64,000 nt of DNA. Origin: a virus. The notes beneath the pieces are model-generated. The model did not search any database, was not told the origin of the DNA, and worked only from the letters and a program-made list of their open reading frames with translations. Each line of letters starts with the position of its first letter. The first letter of the stretch is position 1. Below are positions 31,620 to 42,290 of the stretch, one piece after another. A program made the position numbers and the translations under genes. The stretch lies in the IMG/VR virus record IMGVR_UViG_3300023213_000432, positions 84,144 to 148,143 of that record; one strand, given 5' to 3'.

Positions 31620-34183
31620 TGAAAATGAAAGTAGATGCTTTTATGCCTTCCATCGATGCCGCCAAAACTCAAACTTTACTTAAAGATAATTCCGAGTCCT
31701 CCATAAAACCTGACCTTCAAGATCGAAAACAATATAAAATCGGAGATCGTGTCAAACTTCGGATCAAAGAAAAGCAAGAAGTTTGGGGCACCGTTATCGA
31801 GCATAATTCTGCTCATAGTTTGTGTCTTTTTTTGGATGAGGCAATAGACATTGAACAGAAGAAAAGCTTCAAAACTATAAATCATGAGCGTCAGGAAACT
31901 CTTAAGAAATTGGGCATCTCGAATCCAGAGCGCCCTAACTGTTTTTTGTGGGGAGATTTTTCCCCTAACTACATTATTGGAACTGACAAAGTTATTGTTT
32001 TGGATCGCCTTCTTGACGAAGAAACCATTAATCCGGCAGGTAAATCGATGGACGTTTTACCAGATTCCATCTTTTTTGATTGTCATAGTAACAGGTTCAG
32101 TGGATGCAGGCATGACTCGCAACACGAGCCATCCACTCGAAAAGTATATGCGGCTCTGAAAATAGATAAAGGAAATCCAGATTTAGTCTATGTTTGCGAT
32201 CAGCATTTTCAAAATCGAGTTAGCTATAATTGGGAAAATCGTTCTTTAGGTTTTGAAGGTTTGGTACCATTAGATGTTGGTCCCGCTCCGTCCTATAAAT
32301 TTGGAGATCGGCTTCAAATTAAGATTAATAACGAGATTGTTTGGGCCACCGTAGTAGATGAACGAGGTTCCGGCGCCCATGAACCTCGTCTATCTTATCC
32401 GTTATTGCATTTAGATAAACCCAATCCCGCCTCTCATGATTTTATTCCGGAAGATCGTGTTAAACCTATTTCAGATATGGGTATAAATGTCAATGAGAAA
32501 AAGTTTTGGTGGCTTCTCCCTGATAACAAAGTTTTGTATCGTCTTCCTAAAGAACGTCCATGCACTCCATCTAATCAGCCCACAAAAGAAGGTAAGGGCG
32601 ATATTGATGGTGCCCAAGTCAAACCACCCGAAGTAAAACAGTTTAAAGAAGGAAGCCTCGTTAAATATATTGCTGAGAGCGCACAAGTTGGAAGTAATCC
32701 AGCCCTGGTTATAGGACAATTATATAAGATTAGGAAAATAGGAAAGAGTATCGATGGCAGCGATCAAATTTTCTTGAAGGGATTTGATGAAGAAGATATT
32801 TGGTGGCGGAAAGAAAGATTTGAATTAATAACTGTTAAGAAAGATGTTCCTGTTGCTTTAGAGACGCCCACTAAACAAGAAGACAAATGTCAAATTGGAG
32901 ATCATGTCTCATTGCTCATTGATGGAGTGTATAATACTGGTGGCACGGTAGTGGGTTTTCAGGATCAAGTTCCATTAATTTGGTTAGATCTTCCTAAACC
33001 AGGAAAGTATGGTGGGACAGTTGATTACTATTCCAATAAAGATGTAATTTGTGCTAATATCAAAAAGTTAGGCTATGATACAAGTTTGCATCGTTGTTGG
33101 ATTGCCCATCATTGGCATACCAGGATTCTCAACATTAAACACCTTTATTGGCTGGATGCAAACGGCATGCCCTTGAAGTTTGATGATGCTAACTCAACTT
33201 TGAAGAATGCGGTAGCACCTCAGCCGCAAGCGAATGAAGTAGTTGATGTTGATAAAGCTAAATCATTTTCTATTTCCGGCGATGTTTATGGTCCGTATCC
33301 TGTCCCAACTACTAATTGGTGGCCGCTTGGAAATCAGTCCAACATCGAACAAAAGCCCCTTTTCAGCCCGCAGGATATTGAACGTGCCATTAAAACTTTG
33401 GAACAAGCATTTGCTATGGGTTTGGCAAAATCAGATCAAAAAGATGCGTTGAATGTTTTGGATCAAGTGGCTAAAAGATTGGAGCAAAAGGAAGATATTG
33501 TAAATACAATAACCAAAACTTATACTTTTTCTCAAGACAATACTTCTAATTGGATGCCGTTTGTTATAAATGCCGGTGCCAATTCTAAACCCCTTAACTT
33601 CAAGTTTGATGGTAAATCATGGAATATTGTTTCGGATGCCCCCATTAATGTTAGTGGTGGCAAATTAGATCCAGAAGAAAATTTCAAGGTATTTGTTGAA
33701 GAGGAAGAACAACCTAACAGCGACGACGAAGCTAAAAAGCGACCCTTTAGCGCTATGGTTAAAGAAGATGTCATTGATGCTGGATACCGTGTAGTTGCCA
33801 ATCAACTTACCAAAGGCATTAAAAATGTTTTTCTCCTTGTTCTCAAAGACAAAGGAGCAGATGATAAGAAAATTACTCTCGTTCGAGAACTATTGGATAG
33901 TGAGATCGGCAATGCTTTTGTTTCTATTATCTTGGGATATTGTCTTACTTATATGCCCAAAGTTAAGGAAGATAAGCGGGCTCAAAAGTTGGCGGGCGAA
34001 TTCCGCGTAGAAGGGTTATCAACTGCTGGTAATGCTTTGATGAATGTGGTATGGCAATATGTTAAGGATTTGCCAGCATCGGAAAAAATAAGAGTGGAAA
34101 CGAAAGAAGTTCGAGTTTCAGAAGAGGAGATACAAGAAATTGACGAAGTCGGCGAAGCAAGCGGCAATTGTGCTAATCATTAA
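31619..34183 (+). CDS. Large modular protein with KIGD-type KOW/SH3-like repeats and the C-terminal domain shared with 44..2806
   Basis: YKIGDRV, YKFGDRL, FKEGSLV, CQIGDHV modules; EDVIDAGYRVVANQLTKG...AQKLAGEFRV. Confidence 0.8.
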   Translation: MKMKVDAFMPSIDAAKTQTLLKDNSESSIKPDLQDRKQYKIGDRVKLRIKEKQEVWGTVIEHNSAHSLCLFLDEAIDIEQKKSFKTINHERQETLKKLGISNPERPNCFLWGDFSPNYIIGTDKVIVLDRLLDEETINPAGKSMDVLPDSIFFDCHSNRFSGCRHDSQHEPSTRKVYAALKIDKGNPDLVYVCDQHFQNRVSYNWENRSLGFEGLVPLDVGPAPSYKFGDRLQIKINNEIVWATVVDERGSGAHEPRLSYPLLHLDKPNPASHDFIPEDRVKPISDMGINVNEKKFWWLLPDNKVLYRLPKERPCTPSNQPTKEGKGDIDGAQVKPPEVKQFKEGSLVKYIAESAQVGSNPALVIGQLYKIRKIGKSIDGSDQIFLKGFDEEDIWWRKERFELITVKKDVPVALETPTKQEDKCQIGDHVSLLIDGVYNTGGTVVGFQDQVPLIWLDLPKPGKYGGTVDYYSNKDVICANIKKLGYDTSLHRCWIAHHWHTRILNIKHLYWLDANGMPLKFDDANSTLKNAVAPQPQANEVVDVDKAKSFSISGDVYGPYPVPTTNWWPLGNQSNIEQKPLFSPQDIERAIKTLEQAFAMGLAKSDQKDALNVLDQVAKRLEQKEDIVNTITKTYTFSQDNTSNWMPFVINAGANSKPLNFKFDGKSWNIVSDAPINVSGGKLDPEENFKVFVEEEEQPNSDDEAKKRPFSAMVKEDVIDAGYRVVANQLTKGIKNVFLLVLKDKGADDKKITLVRELLDSEIGNAFVSIILGYCLTYMPKVKEDKRAQKLAGEFRVEGLSTAGNALMNVVWQYVKDLPASEKIRVETKEVRVSEEEIQEIDEVGEASGNCANH

Positions 34184-34931
34184 GGATGGATTAATCCTTG
34201 GGATTTCTCGAAAAAACGATCCAACCAAATTTTCTCTTATTGGTGGAAAATGCGAAGTTGGCGAATTACCAGTAGAAGCTGTTCTTCGAGAAACTCTTGA
34301 AGAGACCGGCATTGAAGTTCATGATCTCTTAGGCAAGAGATACCCATAGCCTTGTGCTATGGTAGGAATTGCCATTTACTTTCTTTTTCTCTTGACATCT
34401 ATCAATAAGTGATTTATATATTAGTACGTTCTTTGAAAATTTGGCGGTTCTATTTCCATTGGTTTAATAGCGAAGACACTTCCCGAGTTCAAGAAGGATC
34501 TCGAATAGTAATACAGTTGTTCCAATCCTTTTAGATTGGTCTCCGATATAAGAAACTTAGAACTTAAAAACTTGGATCGTTTAACGATCCCAAGATCATT
34601 TCTGGCTATATGCCAGAATGACGGGCTGTCGTCAATCAGCCTATTGTTTCCATTACTTCGTGATGAGGAACAAGCCATCAGCCTTGTGCTGATGGTAATT
34701 GACGGTGGTGCTTTTATCTATGAGCGTGTAGAGCCGAAGGAAAGTCCTGATGGAGATGATTTTCGCACGTTTGCTTTCTACGCCACTGCATGGACGGGAG
34801 AGCCCAAAAATCTTGAAGGAGGCACAGTTAAATGGTTAACGGCGGCAGAATTGACTTCCAAAGAAACTGGTGCTTTCCAGAATACAATGCTAAGACACTG
34901 GAGCGATTTAGAAAGTTGTATCCGAAAGTAG
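34140..34931 (+). pseudogene. Nudix hydrolase split by a family C element
   Basis: GGKCEVGELPVEAVLRETLEETG; joining 34325 to 34704 restores EVHD-GGAFIYERV; probable frameshift near 34875. Confidence 0.85.
34326..34703 (+). mobile_element. Non-autonomous family C element (target motif ATGAT)
   Basis: ATGAT|CTCTTAGGCAAG...GCTGTCGTCAATCAGCCTATTG...GGTAATTGAC; internal TTGACA-N17-TATATA. Confidence 0.9.
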
Positions 34932-34970
34932 AATTAAAGTAGAATTTAAGTTTAAATAAGAGGAACAAAA

Positions 34971-35447
34971 ATGAAAAAACAACCATTTACGATCGGAGAT
35001 CGAGTAGGATTTAATGCCATTTTCAAAGATCAGGATACTTATAATGATTGCGATGCAGGATTTTATGATCTTGCTTTCGATGAGTATTATGATCCGTGTT
35101 ATGGGGAAGTTATTGAAATAATCGAACCGAGTGACAATCTTATTATCAAGTGGGATGAAAATGACGACTATATTGACGAGTATAAACCTGAGGACGGCTG
35201 GAATGCCAAAGACTTCCTCCCCGAGAAAGAATTAAAAAAGAAATATTCTCATCTGGAAAAAGAATTCCGAACTATGGAAAAAGCAGTAAAAGCTAAAGTT
35301 AAAAAGGCAGCTGTTATCATCAGAGAAGCCAACAAAATGACAAAAGAACACGGTAAAACTTTATCAGAATTGTGGGACGTCCGTCGTCCTTTATACGATG
35401 CGATGGATAATGCAGGCTGGCACACCTCTTCATTTGATTGTCCATGA
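34971..35447 (+). CDS. KOW-like protein of the GWxxSSxxC family
   Basis: FTIGDRV...IKWD...AGWHTSSFDCP. Confidence 0.75.
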   Translation: MKKQPFTIGDRVGFNAIFKDQDTYNDCDAGFYDLAFDEYYDPCYGEVIEIIEPSDNLIIKWDENDDYIDEYKPEDGWNAKDFLPEKELKKKYSHLEKEFRTMEKAVKAKVKKAAVIIREANKMTKEHGKTLSELWDVRRPLYDAMDNAGWHTSSFDCP

Positions 35448-35971
35448 GCTTCAAAAATAGTTTTTGTTCCTACTGTGGAGTTAAATTCACGGAGCAAATT
35501 AAATACCCACGAAAGTGTTTTAGCTGCTATCAGGATACTTATTTTAATCCATTGCCTGCGACTATCTCTATCCTTCGAGTATTTGATCCAGAGAGCCATG
35601 GTTATTATAGAAGATGGGGAGTGCTAATCACCAAACGAAACATTGAGCCACATAAAGGTAAATTTTGTTTGGTGGGCGGGTTTTTGGAAAATAATGGCGA
35701 AACATGGCAAGAAGCCTCGGCTCGGGAAATGCAAGAAGAAATCCAACTATCTCTTGATCCTAGCGAATTCAGTTTAGTGGATATTAAAAATTCCACTGCA
35801 CCTAAAGGAATTTTATTAATTATAAATATGGTGATTACCATTAAAGAATTCGCCCAGATCAAGTTTCAGCCTAATAACGAAGTTAGTCAATTACCAATGA
35901 CTAAAGTCCTTGGCTTGTCGCTCATCCTACCATTGATAGGAGGTTGTTTTTTAATGGCAACAATAGGCTGA
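35444..35971 (+). CDS. Zinc-ribbon Nudix hydrolase, C-terminus disrupted by an insertion
   Basis: FCSYCG...CFSC..YFNP, GGFLE..ETWQEASAREMQEEI. Confidence 0.8.
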   Translation: MSFKNSFCSYCGVKFTEQIKYPRKCFSCYQDTYFNPLPATISILRVFDPESHGYYRRWGVLITKRNIEPHKGKFCLVGGFLENNGETWQEASAREMQEEIQLSLDPSEFSLVDIKNSTAPKGILLIINMVITIKEFAQIKFQPNNEVSQLPMTKVLGLSLILPLIGGCFLMATIG

Positions 35972-36231
35972 TTGACAACAGCCCTAAATAAAGTTTGGCG
36001 TTTCTAATAGCGACCTGTTAAAAACCGTTTGCTTATTCGATCATAAATGATCAAGAAAGTGCCTTCTAGGTCTCGATTCGCTAAACGTAGATATTAATTT
36101 TTAACTCATCTCTTACCTCTTTCTATTTAGATAGCAAAAGATATATAACCACCATGCTTGAAGTTTTTAAGAAAAAGAAAGAAAAAAGCAATTCCTCCCA
36201 TGATTAAAATCATGGGCTTCCTTGCTAAGAG
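35886..36231 (-). mobile_element. Non-autonomous family B element, copy 2 (ACGAT)
   Basis: Near-identical to 9889..10240; flanked by ATCGT on +. Confidence 0.9.
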
Positions 36232-36266
36232 ATCGTAATCGATTAATATTGCTTAGTTCGCTGAAC
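36232..36266 (+). repeat. Solitary CasPhi-like repeat, degenerate
   Basis: ATCGATTAATATTGCTTAGTTCGCTGA matches 58298..58324 at 26 of 27 nt. Confidence 0.7.
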
Positions 36267-36302
36267 CAAGTCGAGCCTCTACCACCAACTAAAAGGAAAT
36301 CT

Positions 36303-36593
36303 ATGACCAAACCTCAAATCGGTATGGGCGCTACTATTAACTATGTTTCAGATAAAGTCCCAGCTACTATTGTAGAAATTCGTTCCAATTGTATTATCTT
36401 GCAAGAAGATAAATATACCCGCACCGATAATAACGGTTTCTCCGAAGTACAGGAATACACTTACGCGCCTAATCTTGAAGGGTTGCTTTACACCGCCACA
36501 CTTCGCAAAGACAGAGTATATAGACTTAAGGGTAGTCCCAATATCTATATTACATTGGGAAAGCGCCGCCGTTATTTCGATTATTCTTTTTAA
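36303..36593 (+). CDS. Conserved hypothetical phage protein
   Basis: PQIGMGAT...SD..P.TI...G.RRRY.DYSF; SD AAGGA. Confidence 0.75.
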   Translation: MTKPQIGMGATINYVSDKVPATIVEIRSNCIILQEDKYTRTDNNGFSEVQEYTYAPNLEGLLYTATLRKDRVYRLKGSPNIYITLGKRRRYFDYSF

Positions 36594-36876
36594 TTTTTGA
36601 CCAAACCCGCAAAAATCGCGATATATGCTTATTTTTAAAGATTGTATTACTTATCAAATTTTAGAAAAGGAAATCACGATCTTTTCTGACGAAACTGCTT
36701 ATGGGCGCAATACCGTAGCCGAAATCGATAACTATTATATCTATTGGGGCGCTGAACCATGGACAATTTCTACTGCCATCTTATCTTATGAACGACACTA
36801 TAACCGAGAACTTATGCCCGCCGAACTTCGACAGGTATTATTAGACAACAATTTCATTTCTCAAAGGAATTAAATC

Positions 36877-37224
36877 ATGAAAAAAACAACAAAGAAAACA
36901 AGCAAGACAGCCAATAAAATGCTCAAGAAGACAACCAAGCCAGTCAAAAAGACGGTAGCAAAGAAAGCTCCCGTCAAAAAGACAAGTAAAAAGGCAGTTG
37001 CAGCATCAACAGTGAAGCCAGTTGCCCCTAAAGCGTCTGCTAAGCCCGCTGTGAAACGCACCTCCAAAAAAGAAGTTATTACGGCCAAACCCGTTAAGGA
37101 TAATAGTGGGATGGTGATTATGCGAGGCGTTGATGAACAAGAACAAATGGATACCGATGACGGTATTGATTTGACCGCTTCATTGGACGATGGCATGGTC
37201 ATTTTGACTACCGACGAAGAATAA
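36877..37224 (+). CDS. Histone H1-like Lys/Ala/Thr-rich protein with acidic tail
   Basis: KKTTKK and PVKK repeats followed by an acidic C-terminus. Confidence 0.7.
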   Translation: MKKTTKKTSKTANKMLKKTTKPVKKTVAKKAPVKKTSKKAVAASTVKPVAPKASAKPAVKRTSKKEVITAKPVKDNSGMVIMRGVDEQEQMDTDDGIDLTASLDDGMVILTTDEE

Positions 37225-37315
37225 TCATGGGCATTTCTTATCTTACTTTTGCTGCAATTCTGATTTTTGGATTAACTTTCCTCTCGATAATCCTTTGGAT
37301 TAAATCTAAAGAATA

Positions 37316-37936
37316 ATGCAAGTCCTCAGACTTATCCAACAAAATGGACTATCTTTACCTTTTCGTTTAGGGAAGGAGTTAGGACATGGATTAGATGGAC
37401 AAGTATTTAAGATTGCCGATACCTTGAAACCTGCTAAGGTAGTCAAGTTATGTGCTATTTTCGAAAGTGAAGAAACTGATCTTAATATTGACTATCAACA
37501 AGTTAGTCAAGTGTTGGATTGCCTTCTGCAAAAAAATCCGCTTGCTTTTGTTCGAATATTTTCTCACGCTAAACTTGGAGAATATTATCGAACCATTTAT
37601 GGTAATCAACAGCAAAAGTATCTTCTTCATTATTATGTGATGGAACGTCTCCAAGCTATTTCCGAAGACGAAAAGAAGGTTTTTCATACTATTCTATCTC
37701 ATGAAGATCGGGGCATTGAAAAAACCTTCACTATTACAGAATTAGAAAGAACTTTGGAAGGATTGCATTCGGGGCTTGATTTCTCGATGGACAAGATGAG
37801 GAGGTTTCGGTTAAACCTACATGCCGCTCCTATTATTCACAATGATCTTCACCCTCGGAATATTTTGAAGAATATAGAAGGAAACTATAAATGTATCGAT
37901 ATAGATTGGTGCGAATTAAAGTTTCAACCCACGTGA
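37316..37936 (+). CDS. Protein kinase-like protein
   Basis: LGHGLDGQVF, VVK, VMERL, HNDLHPRNI, DID. Confidence 0.8.
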   Translation: MQVLRLIQQNGLSLPFRLGKELGHGLDGQVFKIADTLKPAKVVKLCAIFESEETDLNIDYQQVSQVLDCLLQKNPLAFVRIFSHAKLGEYYRTIYGNQQQKYLLHYYVMERLQAISEDEKKVFHTILSHEDRGIEKTFTITELERTLEGLHSGLDFSMDKMRRFRLNLHAAPIIHNDLHPRNILKNIEGNYKCIDIDWCELKFQPT

Positions 37937-37944
37937 TATAGTAG

Positions 37945-37990
37945 GTCAATAACCCATGATTAAAATCATGGGCTTGTGCGAAAGGAATCA
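37945..37990 (+). mobile_element. 46-bp single-hairpin isrB-type element end
   Basis: GTCAATAACCCATGATTAAAATCATGGGCTTGTGCGAAAGGAATCA directly followed by ATGAC. Confidence 0.8.
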
Positions 37991-38531
37991 ATGACCAAAG
38001 ATAAAAATAAAGTAGATTTGACACTGTTGAAAAAGTTAGTGATTGAATTGGAGGCTTCTCTTACCACTGCGGAAGGAGTTGTTGAAACGGATCATAATGG
38101 ATATTTCGTGGAAATGTCTAAAGGAGCCGGATTAGCCGCAGGAGTCATGCAAGAAGCGTCTATGTTAATTATGGATATTTACGGAGTGGTTCAATCTAAG
38201 CAGGGCGGTGTCTCTGTCAAAGAAAGTTTTTTTGGTGATTTGCTTGGAAAGTTTAAAGGCGGAATTGGAGGTTCTAATTGATGTTACCATCTGTTAAGCA
38301 TTTGTTTTTGGTGATTCCTTTAATGGCTCTATTAACCTTTACTAACACGTTCATTGGGTTTGTGTGTGGTAGTTTTGTGGATATGCAATTGGAATACAGG
38401 GGCGTCAATAAGTTTGTCGCTTTGTTTTGTAGCGTTCTGACTGTTTGTGGAGTGTATGTTTTTATGATAGGCAATCATCGAATTCGGAATTTGATTGGTT
38501 CGTTAGACCGTTAGCTATTGGGGCAGTTAAA

Positions 38532-39104
38532 ATGAGAAAATTATTAGCACTGGCATGCTTGTTAATGGCATGTGCTGCGGACAATAAAAAGGTAATTGTT
38601 ATTCCGCCGCCCACGGTAACTGAATCGCCAACTCCTCCGTCTATGACCGTAATTGAACGGGGCGAAGATTGGTCGATTGAAGTTCTTAATGGTTGGGAGA
38701 AGGTTGGGATCACTACTATTCCAACGAATTCTGCTGGAATGCAATTTGTCAATAAGGAGCAAAAAATTGGCTTAGCTGTAGTTAGAGAAGTTTTGCCTAC
38801 TCATATCTCAAATGAGGAATTAGCGTTTGGATTTGAATTGTATTTGAAATCAAAGGACATTGGCATCGATGATCTTCGTAATGTTAAACTGAATGACAGA
38901 TCTTTTATTTTGATAGAATTTCATGCTATTCCCCATCAGTTTGGAGAAACAATACAAGTTCAAGCATGGATGTCGGCTGAAGATAAAGTAACTTATACTA
39001 TGATATGTGGGTCTGTCATCACTAATCAACAGACACCTGAGCTTTGCAATCAGATGGTTTCCACCTTTAAAGTGGATAACAAAGATGGCATTGTTCAGCC
39101 CTGA
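38532..39104 (+). CDS. Lipoprotein, possibly PsbP/Mog1-like fold
   Basis: Lipobox LMAC, Pro-rich linker, WSIEVLNGW, terminal MVSTFKV. Confidence 0.65.
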   Translation: MRKLLALACLLMACAADNKKVIVIPPPTVTESPTPPSMTVIERGEDWSIEVLNGWEKVGITTIPTNSAGMQFVNKEQKIGLAVVREVLPTHISNEELAFGFELYLKSKDIGIDDLRNVKLNDRSFILIEFHAIPHQFGETIQVQAWMSAEDKVTYTMICGSVITNQQTPELCNQMVSTFKVDNKDGIVQP

Positions 39105-39115
39105 TATTTAGAATA

Positions 39116-39946
39116 ATGGATAAAGTTCTTCTAATCGATGGACTAAATATGGTTCATCGGACTTCTCATGTTAAGTTGGACATGGATAAGACTTCGGAAG
39201 ATGCCGACAAAATTGACTATACGCCTATCTATACTTTTTTTCGTAGCCTTCGTTCCTTGATTGAATTATTTTCTCCTGACAAATGTTTTTTTGTTCTCGA
39301 AGGACATGCCAAGTTTCGCTACGATCTTTTTGCGGATTATAAAGCTAATCGACTGATCAAACTCGGTTCCAAAACCAAAGAAGAAGTTTATGCGTATGCC
39401 GATGAGATAGTTCGGCTCCTTCTCATGCTTCCAATTACAGTGTGTCGGGCAAGCAACTATGAAGCAGACGATGTAATCGGCAGTTTATCTGAAAATATGA
39501 AGAATGAGGAACTAACAATAGTTTCGACTGATAGTGATTATATTCAATTGCTTCAACGTGGATATCCTAAGATTAGCATCTATAATCCGATCCGAAAGGA
39601 ATTCATGGAAGCACCTCCCCAAAATTATATCGCTCTCAAAAGCCTTCGAGGTGATAAATCAGACAATATACCTCGATTAGTTTCAGATAGAAAAGCCGAG
39701 TCATTTTGTGAAAATCCTGCTCTATTTAAAAAATGGATGTCAATTGAAGAGAACAGGGCAACGCTTGCTATTAATAAGCAATTGATAGAATTTGCTTCCG
39801 TTCCAATGGAAGAAATAGAATTCAAGGAAGGGCAACGGGATTTTAAAATCCTTAAAGAAGAATTTAAAAAAATGGAATTTGAGAGCATCACTAATAACAA
39901 GTCGTGGGATAAATTTGAAATCACTTTTAATTGCCTAAGGTATTGA
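39116..39946 (+). CDS. 5'-3' exonuclease/RNase H (FEN, PolA N-terminal type)
   Basis: LLIDG.N, YKANR, YEADDVIG, STDSDY.QL, GDKSDNIP. Confidence 0.92.
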   Translation: MDKVLLIDGLNMVHRTSHVKLDMDKTSEDADKIDYTPIYTFFRSLRSLIELFSPDKCFFVLEGHAKFRYDLFADYKANRLIKLGSKTKEEVYAYADEIVRLLLMLPITVCRASNYEADDVIGSLSENMKNEELTIVSTDSDYIQLLQRGYPKISIYNPIRKEFMEAPPQNYIALKSLRGDKSDNIPRLVSDRKAESFCENPALFKKWMSIEENRATLAINKQLIEFASVPMEEIEFKEGQRDFKILKEEFKKMEFESITNNKSWDKFEITFNCLRY

Positions 39947-39947
39947 T

Positions 39948-41646
39948 ATGTTGATCTTATCGCCTTCGCCAAATTCTATCCCCGTTCCATCCAATCAAAA
40001 CTTGGAATACTTCGCTTTGACGTATGGCAAACGCGGTGTCATTATGTGTGTTCGAGATCGATCTAAGGCTCTGATGGAAGTCAAACAATTGCAACGGTGG
40101 AGCACAGAGTATAGCCCAATATCTGCTCATTGGGAAGGCTGGGGAAATGTCATCATTCCTGAAGCGGAAAGAATCCAATACTTAAGAGCTATTGAACGGG
40201 ATGCCCAAGTCCATCGTGCTTATATTGATGGCGGCAACTATAATATTCCCATTGGATTAAAACGATGGGTAGAAACTTATGAGCCCGAATATCAGGAATT
40301 GGGAAAGTTGAAAGTTTTCGATTATTATTGAAAGGGAAAGTAAATCATGTCTAAGGAAATCATTATGTGCTGTTTATCTTGCGAGCGAAATCAAAAAACG
40401 GGCAAGTTTTGTCAGGATTGTGGAGGTGCGCTTACCAAGAGAACGCCGCCACTGTTAGAGGAAGCATTTGCTAAGTTGGTCAAAGAAATTACTCCCAAAA
40501 TCAAAGCGGAACTCGATCAAGCTAATGATCACCTTTGCAATGCTATGCATATTGCTAATCAAGAGGGCGTGCCATTTTATGATCGAGCAGACGATACAGT
40601 TTTTATTCCTGAAAGTTTCTACCTCAAACATAATGTGAGTGGAAAGATTGTGGAAAAACTTATACCTCAAATATTCGAATATGACATTGAGGGCAAGTTT
40701 GAAGGCTGGATTAGTTCAAGCGATAGGTGTTAAACATGAAGAAAAATACAATAAAAAAATCAACCAAAAGGACCACAAAAAGAAAAGTTAAGAAAACCGA
40801 ACCCTTCAAATATTTTTGGGGTTCCGACAAAGACATAATTGAATTTGATCCCTCCGAAATCAAAGAAGCGGGCGTGCTTCTTTCCACCAATAACTCCGGT
40901 GGAGATTGGTGGTTAGATTACAAAGATGAAGCAGGATTAAAATCAGAAGGATGGAAAGTTAATATAGTTGATCGACTCGGACGACATGCAGCTCATGCCT
41001 TTCTTCCCAATGCTGATATTCAAAAAGCATTAATATCTTTTCGAATAGCGACCAAATATACCGGTAAAGAATTAGGATGTGGTTGTTGCGGAGTGCCATT
41101 TTCTTTTACGCAACATGATGATAAAGGGAAGTTGGTGGAAAGTTGGAGACCATCCTATCCAAGTGAAGGAGATGACTACATATGAAGAAACCAGTTAAAC
41201 CATCCACTCCACAACAACCTATTAAACCACAGGAGTATCATACGGTAGTTCATAATCTAGCTCCCTTTCATTATGGTAGAGCAACATATACCTTTGAAGA
41301 GCTATCCAGTAAACTTCCTTCCAACGTTGATCCCAAGTCTTTGAAGTTTGAATCAGTTTATGTTGATGGTAATGATTACTACGGTAGTGGCGATTATTAT
41401 TTTACGATCCACTATGTCTGTCAAGAAAAAAATACTCGCTATGTTAGCGATTGTAAAAAATATGATAAAGACCTCATTAAGTATGAGAAGAAAGTAGAAC
41501 AGCATAAGAAAGATTTGCTTAAATATGAAGAAGAAATGGTAGCCTTTACTGCCTGGGAAAAGGAAGATAATGCAAAGAAAGAGCTCGAAGAATTAAAGAA
41601 GTTGGAGAAACGGATTGCTCAGCTGAAGAAAAAGGTAAAGTCTTGA
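39948..41646 (+). other. Four hypothetical CDS (39948..40331, 40347..40733, ~40736..41185, 41182..41646)
   Basis: Packed ORFs; 40347 has a zinc ribbon and ends GWISSSDRC. Confidence 0.65.
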
Positions 41647-42290
41647 AATATTTTCTGGATTGTGAGTTCAATGAACGTGGATATGAACATCGGATCGAAC
41701 TGATCTCGATTGCCTTGGTGCGAGAGGATGGCGAGGAATACTATGCGGTAGCTAGAGATGGTTGGGATCCTTGCCATTGCGATGGTTGGTTAATGGCTAA
41801 TGTTTTGCCGTATCTCTCCAAGGATGGCAGGGTGGATGATGTATCTGATTTGATTGTCCAAATGTATTATGGCATGAAAGTAGATCCTCGTATTCCTTGG
41901 GCAAGCAGAACCTGGATTCGAAATGGTATCCTTGATTTCATTGCTCCCGATGAACATCCTGAGTTCATTGGATTTTTTTCCGATTACGACTGGGTGCTCT
42001 TTTCCCAACTCTTCGGGCGAATGGTAGATCTTCCTCCACACTTCCCCAAGTATTGTCTCGACATCAAGCAGATGATGGTTGCCAAAGGTCTCCAAAAGAG
42101 CGATTTACCCAAGCAAGAAGAAACACAGCATAATGCTTTGGCAGACGCTCGGCATATGAGACGAATGTATCAAGCTATTGTAGAAAAGGCGTCAATTACC
42201 ATCAGCACAAAGGCTGATGGCTTGTCCCTAATTATTGCTAATCGAGACATTAACTCCCCTGATTTACCAGATCAGGATCATAGTCGTTAG
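41643..42290 (+). CDS. DEDDh 3'-5' exoribonuclease (Rv2179c-like)
   Basis: YFLDCEF, LISIALV, YDWV, HNALADA; the tail after 42190 is element-derived (ancestral end VEKAS*). Confidence 0.88.
   Translation: MKYFLDCEFNERGYEHRIELISIALVREDGEEYYAVARDGWDPCHCDGWLMANVLPYLSKDGRVDDVSDLIVQMYYGMKVDPRIPWASRTWIRNGILDFIAPDEHPEFIGFFSDYDWVLFSQLFGRMVDLPPHFPKYCLDIKQMMVAKGLQKSDLPKQEETQHNALADARHMRRMYQAIVEKASITISTKADGLSLIIANRDINSPDLPDQDHSR

Noticed and set aside
34326..34703. Self-splicing IStron in the Nudix gene
   Set aside because: No recognisable group I core, the element ends in C rather than G, sister copies are antisense, and the host gene has a further frameshift
41612..41628. Repeat-like GATTGCTCAGCTGAAG (also GATTGCTCAGT near 24608)
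   Set aside because: No loop or AC end; explained by coding sequence
42229..42248. Sixth repeat (TAATTATTGCTAATCGAGAC)
   Set aside because: Shares flanks but lacks the hairpin and lies in a variable loop of an IS; chance cannot be excluded
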